Virus record (IMG/VR): IMGVR_UViG_3300002026_001699
Span: 8,159 to 72,158 of that record
Length of the DNA stretch: 64,000 nt
DNA from: a virus
Taxonomy: Duplodnaviria > Caudoviricetes
Strand: one strand, 5' to 3'
In this document: positions 18,037 to 26,126 of the stretch, piece after piece
Layout of the letters: each line of letters starts with the position of its first letter
How positions within the stretch are numbered: position 1 is the stretch's first letter
Made by a program: the position numbers and the translations under genes
The notes under the pieces: generated by a model
Told to the model about the DNA's origin: nothing
The model's database searches: none
What the model saw: only the letters and a program-made list of their open reading frames with translations

Positions 18037-18293
18037 TATTCATCTCCATCATAATATATACATGTATTTTCTTTTGGCAAATCAAGTCCTTTTGATCTAA
18101 ATAATCTCCATTCGGCTGAATTGATGCTTTTAATTTCAAAATCTTTTTTAGCTCTTACTGTGGATTTACAGCTTCTATGATTGTTGATTTTAACATTATA
18201 ATAAAAACATCTATCACATGTAAATCCAAGTAAAAGATTTTTGGCTATCTCATTTTCCTGTTGATCCAAATCCACCTTCACCTCTAATAGCAT
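18036..18293 (-). CDS. Small Cys-rich protein (AKxLLLG-CxxC family)
   Basis: AKNLLLGFTCDRC...PKENTCIYY; evident paralog of 17809. Confidence 0.6.
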   Translation of the reverse strand: MLLEVKVDLDQQENEIAKNLLLGFTCDRCFYYNVKINNHRSCKSTVRAKKDFEIKSINSAEWRLFRSKGLDLPKENTCIYYDGDE

Positions 18294-18759
18294 CAGGCTT
18301 CATCCAATCATAAAGATCCTCTTCATCACAAAGTGTAAGATCACAAGATAGAATTGGAACCATAACCATCTGAGCAAGTTTCATACCTTCAACAACTGAG
18401 AAAGGATCATTTCCAACATTATGAAGATCAACATGAACTTCACCTGAATAAAAAGTATCAATAACCTGAGCACCAATGAGCATATCACTTTTTGAAGCAA
18501 CTCCACTCTTGTTTAAGAAAAGACCCATATATCCATATGGTATTTCTACTTTTACACCAGAAGGAATTACAGCATTACATCCAGGAGGAATAGCCATTCC
18601 CTTGTCTGTAAAAACAACATGAGCATTTGCTTCCTTGGATGTAAAATCTTTGATAAATTGTTCATCCATTTTTGGGCACATAAAATCTATACCTGCATCA
18701 GTTGCATGACCTCGAGATGGCATTTTAACATTTCTAATAGTTGCATACTTTAATAACAT
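18250..18759 (-). CDS. dut: dUTP pyrophosphatase
   Basis: DAGIDF, NKSGVA, VIDTFYSGEV, KLAQMV, RGEGGFGSTG. Confidence 0.95.
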   Translation of the reverse strand: MLLKYATIRNVKMPSRGHATDAGIDFMCPKMDEQFIKDFTSKEANAHVVFTDKGMAIPPGCNAVIPSGVKVEIPYGYMGLFLNKSGVASKSDMLIGAQVIDTFYSGEVHVDLHNVGNDPFSVVEGMKLAQMVMVPILSCDLTLCDEEDLYDWMKPDAIRGEGGFGSTGK

Positions 18760-18776
18760 TTTTAACTCCTAATTTT

Positions 18777-19055
18777 TTATTCTTCTATGAGATAAAAGAA
18801 ATCTTTATCACCTATACTTTTAATAGTTATTTTAACAATTTTATTTTCAAAATCTTGATCAATATCATAAAAAGAAATATCTTTATTAAACTCATAAGCT
18901 TTTAATAATTTATGAGCATTTTCTATAATCTCTTTTCCATGATCATTAAACTCAAATTCTTTGAATAAAAACTCAACTTGTTTTTGTATTTCTTTCTTTT
19001 TTAATTTATCCATTCTTATTCCTCTGAAGATATTTTTTCTAAAACTATTCCACAT
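18777..19055 (-). CDS. Hypothetical protein (likely starts at MDKLKK)
   Basis: ORF track; ATG overlapping the end of the upstream gene. Confidence 0.45.
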   Translation of the reverse strand: MWNSFRKNIFRGIRMDKLKKKEIQKQVEFLFKEFEFNDHGKEIIENAHKLLKAYEFNKDISFYDIDQDFENKIVKITIKSIGDKDFFYLIEE

Positions 19056-20434
19056 GAATTTAATAAAAATTTACTATTAGCACTTGATTTATCATAATCA
19101 TGAACAAAATAAATTTTGTTTGGTTTTAATGCCGCTAATATTTTTGAACAATGAATACATGGTTGCATTGATGTATATATATCAATATCTTCAAGCTGAA
19201 TCCCGTTTTTTGCAGATTCACATATTAAAGATTGTTCTGCATGAATTTCATGTTCATTAGACCAATTATGATGTAGTTCTCTCCATTCATCGGTTAAAAC
19301 CCATTCATTATATGGTATAGATATACCTAATGAAATATGCAAATTATGAAAATAATCATCACAATTTATATAACCAGATGGTGTTCCATTTATTCCAGTC
19401 GCAATAATTCTTCCATTTTTTACCGCTATAGCAGCAACTTTTTTACTTTCACAATGTGATTCTTTTGCATAAATATCCACTATTTGAGAAAATAACTTTT
19501 TATTTTTTTCTTCATTTTTTTTATAACTAACATATTCATCAAAGAAACCATAATCAATATCTCTTGAAGAGAAGAAATCAAGTGAATTGTTATTTAAACA
19601 ATTTTCTATAAAACAAATAATATCATCAGTAGTAGAAAAATCATTTTCCCATATAATAATATATTTTATATCAATATTTCTTTTAACCTCATAAAGACAG
19701 TTATAAGCTTTTTTTATTTCAAACATATAATCTTTTTTGCTAAATTGTTTAAACTTAGTAAAATCTTTATGCCAATAAATACCATTATATTCTAATATAT
19801 ATTTTTTATCTATAAAAGCATCATGTAAAAAATTTTTTTTATTATATAATTGTTTTAATTCTTCATTGATAACTGGAGAATAAAAATCTTCAACAAGATG
19901 ATTATTTTTTAATATTTTTTTTATCTCTAATTCAACTAGAGATTCATTGTTTCTATTTACTAAAGATGATGCTAAAGCTCCTGGTTTTCTTGTTTCACAA
20001 AACTCCATGTTGTATGTAAAATCCTTTCTTTTTTCTTTTATAGATAATTGTCCTTTTTTAAAAAAATCTTTTAAAAGTCCTTTTGATTCTTCAAGATTCC
20101 AACCTCTTTTAATCCAATATTCTATATTATGGTTTTTAAAAGATTTAATTTCATTAAATTCATCTATAAACAATAAAAATATATTTATATCCGTAGAAAT
20201 AGCCTTTTGTTTTAAATCATATATAATATCATAATTAAAATTATCATCCTTCAATATAGAATCAAAACAACTTATATCAGAATCTGAAAAAAATAATCTT
20301 ATTTTTTTAAAATATCTTAATTCATGAAATTCGTTTGCTTTTTCTATATCTAATCCTTTAGAAAAAAAAGATTCCCAGTTTAACCACTTAGATTTAATAT
20401 TTTTATCAATTATTAAAAACTCTTCTTTATTCAT
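19016..20434 (-). CDS. dCMP deaminase fused C-terminal to an endonuclease-like domain
   Basis: C-terminal GINGTPSG, HAEQ, PCIHC; N-terminal ILEYNGIYWH (Vsr-like) and YWIKRGW. Confidence 0.85.
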   Translation of the reverse strand: MNKEEFLIIDKNIKSKWLNWESFFSKGLDIEKANEFHELRYFKKIRLFFSDSDISCFDSILKDDNFNYDIIYDLKQKAISTDINIFLLFIDEFNEIKSFKNHNIEYWIKRGWNLEESKGLLKDFFKKGQLSIKEKRKDFTYNMEFCETRKPGALASSLVNRNNESLVELEIKKILKNNHLVEDFYSPVINEELKQLYNKKNFLHDAFIDKKYILEYNGIYWHKDFTKFKQFSKKDYMFEIKKAYNCLYEVKRNIDIKYIIIWENDFSTTDDIICFIENCLNNNSLDFFSSRDIDYGFFDEYVSYKKNEEKNKKLFSQIVDIYAKESHCESKKVAAIAVKNGRIIATGINGTPSGYINCDDYFHNLHISLGISIPYNEWVLTDEWRELHHNWSNEHEIHAEQSLICESAKNGIQLEDIDIYTSMQPCIHCSKILAALKPNKIYFVHDYDKSSANSKFLLNSCGIVLEKISSEE

Positions 20435-20471
20435 TCTTTAACCTCAATTAAAACATATCTAGCCTTAGTAT

Positions 20472-20741
20472 TTACATCCATATATCTAAAGTATGCTTAT
20501 AATTCTCACAAACGTGAGATTCAGGATCACTAACCACAACATTTTGATTCTCAAAATCAAAGAAACAAATACTTTCTAAAACAAGTTTTAGAGGTATATA
20601 CTTTTTTAAATCTATTTCATATACCTCATTTGGATTTTTTAATTCTTTTTTTAGAAACTTACAATTATTGCAATTGTTCCCAAGTAATAACATTTTGGCT
20701 TTTTCATTTGGTTCCATATATATTATCTTTATGATTACCAA
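20472..20741 (-). CDS. Small Cys-rich protein (AKxLLLG-CxxC family)
   Basis: AKMLLLGNNCNNC...HVCENY. Confidence 0.55.
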   Translation of the reverse strand: MVIIKIIYMEPNEKAKMLLLGNNCNNCKFLKKELKNPNEVYEIDLKKYIPLKLVLESICFFDFENQNVVVSDPESHVCENYKHTLDIWM

Positions 20742-21552
20742 ACCAACACTGTTCTCTTAATGGGCAGTTTTCTGCTTTTTTAAGATTTTCACTGTTTTCA
20801 TTTAATATTTCTTGGAGTGTTTTTTCTTTTAAGGATCCTAAAGATTCAACTATTCTGTGTGATTGACATAATCTAACAGTAGCATCTGGCATAATTGTTA
20901 TTTCATTTTGAATAGATGTGCATTGGTAGTCTTCTTTTGTTATCCATCTCAATAAATATTCAAAATTCTTTTGTGTCAAAACACCTTGTTCATTCAATGT
21001 TTTTAAATTTTCTCTACTTATTGCAGGCCATGTAAATTGTTCATTATTATAATAATATCCTTTTTGATATATATTAAAATAAGGCTGCTTCATTTTAGGA
21101 AATATTGTTAAGAGTTTCTTGATAAACAAAGCATCTACATCAATAAATGGAAGATTATATTGACTCATTGTATATGACAATCTTTGAATAGTATCAGCAG
21201 ATTTTAATGATGTTAATAAATATATAAGATCAGAAGTAAATGGTTTTCTTCCTCTTATATTATCGTTCATAACTCCATCCCAATTCATTGATATATATGG
21301 AATCGAGCGTGGATAGTTTATTATTTTAGAAACATCTTCAAGGTGAGTTGTAAGAATATAATTTTTTTTATCTTTAAAAATATCTAACACTTGATTAAAA
21401 TCAGGTCTTAGTGTAGGCTCTCCTCTAAGAATAAACAAATCATCTTCATTATACAATTTTTGAATGATATTTCTATCTAATTGTTGATTAGAAGTAAGAG
21501 GTTTTTTATTGTAATTTACGAAATAATCATTCAAAAAAAGTGATATTTTCAT
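20704..21552 (-). CDS. Radical-SAM-like protein lacking CxxxCxxC, with SPASM/twitch-like C-terminus
   Basis: RGEPTL; CTSIQNEITIMPDATVRLC...LGSL; CPLREQC. Confidence 0.6.
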   Translation of the reverse strand: MKISLFLNDYFVNYNKKPLTSNQQLDRNIIQKLYNEDDLFILRGEPTLRPDFNQVLDIFKDKKNYILTTHLEDVSKIINYPRSIPYISMNWDGVMNDNIRGRKPFTSDLIYLLTSLKSADTIQRLSYTMSQYNLPFIDVDALFIKKLLTIFPKMKQPYFNIYQKGYYYNNEQFTWPAISRENLKTLNEQGVLTQKNFEYLLRWITKEDYQCTSIQNEITIMPDATVRLCQSHRIVESLGSLKEKTLQEILNENSENLKKAENCPLREQCWFGNHKDNIYGTK

Positions 21553-21804
21553 TTAAAACCTTTCAACTAAAACTGTATTTTTAGCATTAAAATAAAATTC
21601 CATCCAATCTTGTTTTTCTTGTATTTCCAACTTTTCATTTTCTAATAAAATTAAATAATTTACATATGCTTGTGAATCACATAATTTTTCAGTTGTTGAT
21701 CTAAAGTCATTCAAAACTGAAAATCTTTTATGAGCCATCTTTTCAATAAACTGTGAATTCTTTTCCTTATTCGGCCCAATAACATTATAATATACCTTAT
21801 TCAT
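21553..21804 (-). CDS. Hypothetical protein
   Basis: 83 aa ORF, coupled to prs. Confidence 0.5.
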   Translation of the reverse strand: MNKVYYNVIGPNKEKNSQFIEKMAHKRFSVLNDFRSTTEKLCDSQAYVNYLILLENEKLEIQEKQDWMEFYFNAKNTVLVERF

Positions 21805-22763
21805 TCTTGCTCCTTTTCAAATAATAAACCAACAGAATCATCAGCATTAACTGCTTTTATTACACGGCAAAGTAAATCTCCTAATGATACTACTTTAAAT
21901 ATATCAGGAAGTTCATCATGATAAATAGAATCTGATACAAAAAGTTTATCTATTGGAGATTTTTGTATTCTTTCAATTGCTCCACATGAAAGAATTGCAT
22001 GAGTTGCACAAACATATATATTTTTTGCTCCTCTAATTTTTGCTTCTTCTGCTATATGACAAAGCGTTCCTGCCGTATCAATAATATCATCAACAATTAA
22101 AACATCTTTATCTTTAACATCACCAACAAATGCCAAAACTTTTGATTCATTATCCTTTGGTCTTGATTTATATGCAAAACCAAGATCTGCCCCAAATCTA
22201 TTTGCATATGCTTTTGCTCTTGATACTCCACCTGCATCTGGAGATAATACAATTACATTTCCGCTCTTAAATAAATGTTCAACAGCTGGATAGAAAATAT
22301 AAGAAGATGTTATATTATCAATAAGAATATCATCAAAAGCAGCAGCCGATGCTTGATTATGAAGGGAGACAGTAATGATTCTTTTTATTCCTGAGGCTTG
22401 TAATAAATCAGCCATTAGTTGAATAGTTATAGGAGTTCTTGGTTCTGTTTTTCTATCTTGTCTGCTTCCATAAATATAAGGAATAACTGCTGTAATTCTC
22501 CTTGCTGATGCCTTCTTTGCAGTATGTGCCATAATAAACAACTCCATCATGTCTTTAGCAGGATTATTTGGAGTTGTTGTCTGTAAAATATAAACGTCTT
22601 CGCCTCTTACACTTTCATCAATCTTAACCTTCATTTCACCATTAGAAAAATCAGTAAACTTCATACTTGACAATCCAAAACCATTAGCATCAGAAATACG
22701 TTTTGCTAAAACTGGGTTGGATCTTCCAGAAAAAAACTTTAATTCAGGAAGTCTTGCAGCCAT
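21801..22763 (-). CDS. prs: Ribose-phosphate pyrophosphokinase
   Basis: FSNGE, YGSRQDRK, SPDAGGVSRA, VDDIIDTAGT. Confidence 0.96.
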   Translation of the reverse strand: MAARLPELKFFSGRSNPVLAKRISDANGFGLSSMKFTDFSNGEMKVKIDESVRGEDVYILQTTTPNNPAKDMMELFIMAHTAKKASARRITAVIPYIYGSRQDRKTEPRTPITIQLMADLLQASGIKRIITVSLHNQASAAAFDDILIDNITSSYIFYPAVEHLFKSGNVIVLSPDAGGVSRAKAYANRFGADLGFAYKSRPKDNESKVLAFVGDVKDKDVLIVDDIIDTAGTLCHIAEEAKIRGAKNIYVCATHAILSCGAIERIQKSPIDKLFVSDSIYHDELPDIFKVVSLGDLLCRVIKAVNADDSVGLLFEKEQE

Positions 22764-22765
22764 GT

Positions 22766-23055
22766 TTAATTCTCCTTTAATAACTCTTTTGCTTTCAATG
22801 AAATCAATTCTTCTAATTCTTTTTTTTCTACTAAATTATTAAACTTGGGATTGCTTAATTTAAAAGTGTCTGAATAATTTGCAGATACTTTTATTAATTT
22901 CCCTCTCCTTCACAAACTCTACATAATTCTGATTCATAATCAGAGGTATGATGTCCAACATCAACCCATCTAAAACCCTTCCCTTTACAATCATGACAAA
23001 TAACTATTTCTGAATGTCCATATAAAGATAAATATTTGTCAAGCACCTCATCCAT
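22766..23055 (-). pseudogene. DnaJ-type zinc-finger protein split by a single-A deletion near 22898-22900
   Basis: CHDCKGKG...CRVCEGEG then stop; adding one A (GGA AAA TTA) restores the frame to TAA 22766-22768 abutting prs. Confidence 0.65.
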
Positions 23056-23057
23056 AA

Positions 23058-23249
23058 TTATCTCCTAGGTATTTTATTCTCAACATTCTTAACCATTTGT
23101 CTTAATTTTCTTTCCAAGATTGACATGTTATTATTTGTAATAATATTTTTTCTAAATAAGTCATTAAACTTTTTTTCTAAATTAATATAGTTTAGTTTTA
23201 ATTCCTCAAATTCTTTTTTTGAAACTCCTTCATCTAGTTTTTGATTCAT
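23058..23249 (-). CDS. Small coiled-coil hypothetical protein (MNQKLDEG...)
   Basis: ATGA overlap with the glf stop; the longer track ORF overlaps glf. Confidence 0.5.
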   Translation of the reverse strand: MNQKLDEGVSKKEFEELKLNYINLEKKFNDLFRKNIITNNNMSILERKLRQMVKNVENKIPRR

Positions 23250-24349
23250 TTTTCTCTCCTGTTGTGTTTTATAGTTGCTGATATTTTTTGTGCCTGATCC
23301 ATTATGCCATCCATTTCCATGAAAGACCATGAACCATTTCTACCAGCAAAAATAATATTCTCATATTGCTTATCTTTGTGTGAGATTATTCCAGATGTAT
23401 GTTGATTGTAAATCTTGAAATTATTTTTTGTGGGAATTGGAAAGATTGCTTGATCACTATCATCAATAAATGTTTTTACAATAATGTTCTTTTCATAATC
23501 ATTATTATAATTATCTTTTTTAAAAAACTTTCCAAATTGTGTCATATAAACAAATGGAGTGTGATTAGGATATATCATTGTATCAGGAGAACCTGATTTA
23601 TACTTTGTTGAATCAATATCAAAAGAACAGTGAGAATATATTTTATTTTTTAGATTTAAAAAAGAGTTGATATCTATTGTAGATATAATAATGTCATTAG
23701 AAGAGAATGATGATAAATCAACTTTTGAATTTAATCTAACATCTACATTTTTAGTAAAATCATCAAACAGTTTATTCCATCCGGTATTTATTGGGAATAA
23801 TATATATTTTTCATTATAATGAGAAAAATTAGAATGAACATCTCTCATATTGCCTTTAAACCAATCAACTATATCCAAATTAGATGTTCCAAAAAGTCGC
23901 TTAAAATAATTTTCATAAAATACATTATAAACAGTGTTACCATAAAAATTTGTAATAAGTTGTTCAATATTTTGAGCATTTTCCCCATTAGATTTTTCAA
24001 GATCTAAAAGAATAGATTCTTTCCAATGCCATGGCATTGTATCAATGGATGCTTTATTAAATGGATGATTATAATATCTAAAATCAAATAGAGGGTCCAT
24101 GGCAACAACATAATCAATAGGCTGTAAAGAAACAGATTTTGAAAATAAATCAACTATCCAATCTTTATTAGTATGAAGAACGGAAGGAACTTGTTGCCAT
24201 GGAATATTTTCTATACTTTGTCTTGTGCGTATGAGACCACCTAACTCTGATGTTTTTTCATAAAGAATAACATTAAAATCTTTAGATAAAAAATAAGCAA
24301 AAGCACAACCAGATATGCCTCCGCCTATTATGTGAATGGTCTCACTCAT
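23246..24349 (-). CDS. glf: UDP-galactopyranose mutase-like flavoprotein
   Basis: IIGGGISG...EK...GGLIRT; PINTGWNKLF; FAGRNGSWSFMEMD. Confidence 0.75.
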   Translation of the reverse strand: MSETIHIIGGGISGCAFAYFLSKDFNVILYEKTSELGGLIRTRQSIENIPWQQVPSVLHTNKDWIVDLFSKSVSLQPIDYVVAMDPLFDFRYYNHPFNKASIDTMPWHWKESILLDLEKSNGENAQNIEQLITNFYGNTVYNVFYENYFKRLFGTSNLDIVDWFKGNMRDVHSNFSHYNEKYILFPINTGWNKLFDDFTKNVDVRLNSKVDLSSFSSNDIIISTIDINSFLNLKNKIYSHCSFDIDSTKYKSGSPDTMIYPNHTPFVYMTQFGKFFKKDNYNNDYEKNIIVKTFIDDSDQAIFPIPTKNNFKIYNQHTSGIISHKDKQYENIIFAGRNGSWSFMEMDGIMDQAQKISATIKHNRREK

Positions 24350-24357
24350 AAAAATCC

Positions 24358-24498
24358 TTATTTAGAAAAATTATCTTTCTGCACAAAAAACTTGCAAGAC
24401 AAACATCTTTTCATTGAAAACCTTAAAAAATGTAAGGTTGCATTTGGATGATATTTACAATCTGGTTTTCTGCAATGGGTATTTTCTTTATTTTTCAT
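24358..24498 (-). CDS. 46-aa Cys-containing peptide
   Basis: Manual translation MKNKENTHCRKPDCKYH...RCLSCKFF. Confidence 0.45.
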   Translation of the reverse strand: MKNKENTHCRKPDCKYHPNATLHFLRFSMKRCLSCKFFVQKDNFSK

Positions 24499-24739
24499 TT
24501 TTCTCCACTAAAAGATCTGTTATCCCAGACTTGCTAAATCTGCGAAACGCCTTTTTTACAAACGGTTCAATTTTGTTTTCATATTCAGCCTGAAGTTTAA
24601 ACAATTCTTTAATTTCTTCAGCCTCTAATTTATCTAAATCAAGAGCATCAACATACTCTTTATTAGAATTTAAAACCATAACTCTACGATGTGATTTCTC
24701 ACCGTCTTTTTTCTCATAATTAAACTCTTCAATTTTCAT
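24488..24739 (-). CDS. Hypothetical protein
   Basis: 83 aa ORF next to the sigma gene. Confidence 0.55.
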   Translation of the reverse strand: MKIEEFNYEKKDGEKSHRRVMVLNSNKEYVDALDLDKLEAEEIKELFKLQAEYENKIEPFVKKAFRRFSKSGITDLLVEKNEK

Positions 24740-24752
24740 CTTAACCTCTATG

Positions 24753-25388
24753 TTAAATTGTTGGATTCTTTTTAGAATCTCTTTCTTCCTTTCTACTAAT
24801 TATGCCCAAAACACAATCACGAAGAAGACCAGTTTCTATTTTGTCTATAAACTGTTTTTTAGCATCTTCTGATGAAAGTTTATTTACTTTCCTAGCAAGA
24901 ACTTTGCCTTCTTTAACTAGAGCAATAAGATCATCTCTCATATATTGCTGGCCTGCAAATATAACTTGATTTGTTGAATCATCAAGTGTTAAAGGATCTG
25001 GAATCTCTGATTCATAATCCCCTGAAACAATATTTGATAATTCATCGAATGAACATGTATTTGGCATTTTAGCTCTCTTCCTGCCATCACGCCTGAGAGA
25101 GTATCTGAAAGAGTTTGACATGACCTTGTAGAAATAAGAATAAGTTGAAGACTTGCCTAATTTGAAGTTTTTTAGTGCTCTTTGTGCTTGATCTAGCGAC
25201 TCTGATATATAGTCATCCCTATAATAACTATTTATACCAAATTTCCTGGCAAAATATTCTGCCATCTGATGGAAATATCCTACTAATTCCACCATAGCCA
25301 TTGGATTGGCATTCCTGTTGATCCATGCCGTGTCCATCTTCTGTTTTTCAATGTTCAATGTATTCCTCCTGTAATGTTTCATAAACAC
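24753..25388 (-). CDS. T4 gp55-like late sigma factor (probable start 25382)
   Basis: YRDDYISE...ALKNFKLGKSSTYSYFYKVMSNSFRYSLRR parallels the gp55 region 2 pattern; GGAGG before ATG 25382. Confidence 0.7.
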   Translation of the reverse strand: MFMKHYRRNTLNIEKQKMDTAWINRNANPMAMVELVGYFHQMAEYFARKFGINSYYRDDYISESLDQAQRALKNFKLGKSSTYSYFYKVMSNSFRYSLRRDGRKRAKMPNTCSFDELSNIVSGDYESEIPDPLTLDDSTNQVIFAGQQYMRDDLIALVKEGKVLARKVNKLSSEDAKKQFIDKIETGLLRDCVLGIISRKEERDSKKNPTI

Positions 25389-25430
25389 CTCCCATAAATG
25401 AAATAGGACTCATGTTTTGAGAGGTGTTTA
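25382..25430 (-). promoter_or_regulatory. Hairpin sequestering the RBS of the sigma gene
   Basis: TAAACACCTC (25382-25391) and GAGGTGTTTA (25421-25430) form a perfect 10-bp inverted repeat. Confidence 0.55.
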
Positions 25431-25487
25431 ATGTTTAAATCTTTCCCTGTTTATATTATATACTATATGTATTATTCTCTAAAATGT

Positions 25488-25646
25488 TTAATCGTTTAAA
25501 ACACCAAAAACCTTGTCTTTAAATGATTCAAGGAGATGATTTACATCCTTATTACTCTCTAATAGCTTTTCTATTGTAGTATTCATTTTTGCTGCCATTT
25601 CTTTCAAAGATTCTATCTGCTTTTGACTTAGGTTGCTTAGATCCAT
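25488..25646 (-). CDS. 52-aa hypothetical protein
   Basis: GGAGG RBS; MDLSNLSQKQIESLKEMAAK... Confidence 0.6.
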   Translation of the reverse strand: MDLSNLSQKQIESLKEMAAKMNTTIEKLLESNKDVNHLLESFKDKVFGVLND

Positions 25647-25658
25647 TTTTTATCCTCC

Positions 25659-26117
25659 TTATTTATAAGTATTACCAAAGGCTGATTTTTCTATTCTATA
25701 ATATTCATCATTATTATTTACAAGAAAATCACCATTTGTAAGAATCATCTCTTCACCCCATGAAGCCATAAAACTCATAGCTTCACCAGAATATTGTTTT
25801 GCCTTAATTTTAACTGGTTTTGTTTTTGCAGTAATATTATCAATAATTTCATATCTACTTTTAAATTTATCTGGTGTTAAAATATATTTTTCACCTTTTG
25901 TTCCTGTTAAAATATAATCTCCTATGTTAGCCTTATTTGATGTTTCTTTTTTACCATTAATAACTGTATCAACAGAAGTTACTTCTGTTGCAATAATGTA
26001 TTTAAACATTAAATCTTTTTTTGCATATTCTTTTTCTTGAGATTCTAAGTTTTTATAAAAACTTTTCATTGCTTTTTGATCTAAAACTTTAGATGTAACT
26101 GCTTCATTTAATTTCAT
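25659..26117 (-). CDS. PGDYG-like duplicated-domain protein
   Basis: GDYILTGTKGEKY...FKSRY and GDFLVNNNDEYY...FGNTY; MKLNE start. Confidence 0.55.
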   Translation of the reverse strand: MKLNEAVTSKVLDQKAMKSFYKNLESQEKEYAKKDLMFKYIIATEVTSVDTVINGKKETSNKANIGDYILTGTKGEKYILTPDKFKSRYEIIDNITAKTKPVKIKAKQYSGEAMSFMASWGEEMILTNGDFLVNNNDEYYRIEKSAFGNTYK

Positions 26118-26126
26118 TTTTATCTC

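Noticed and set aside
21801-22763. NAD-reconstitution anti-defence pathway (Prs homolog plus NAMPT homolog)
   Set aside because: Prs looks canonical and no nicotinamide phosphoribosyltransferase is present in the window
23058-23330. Longer start (MVFHGNGWH...) suggesting an FmdB-like tail
   Set aside because: The extension overlaps the glf C-terminus; ATG 23249 gives normal ATGA coupling
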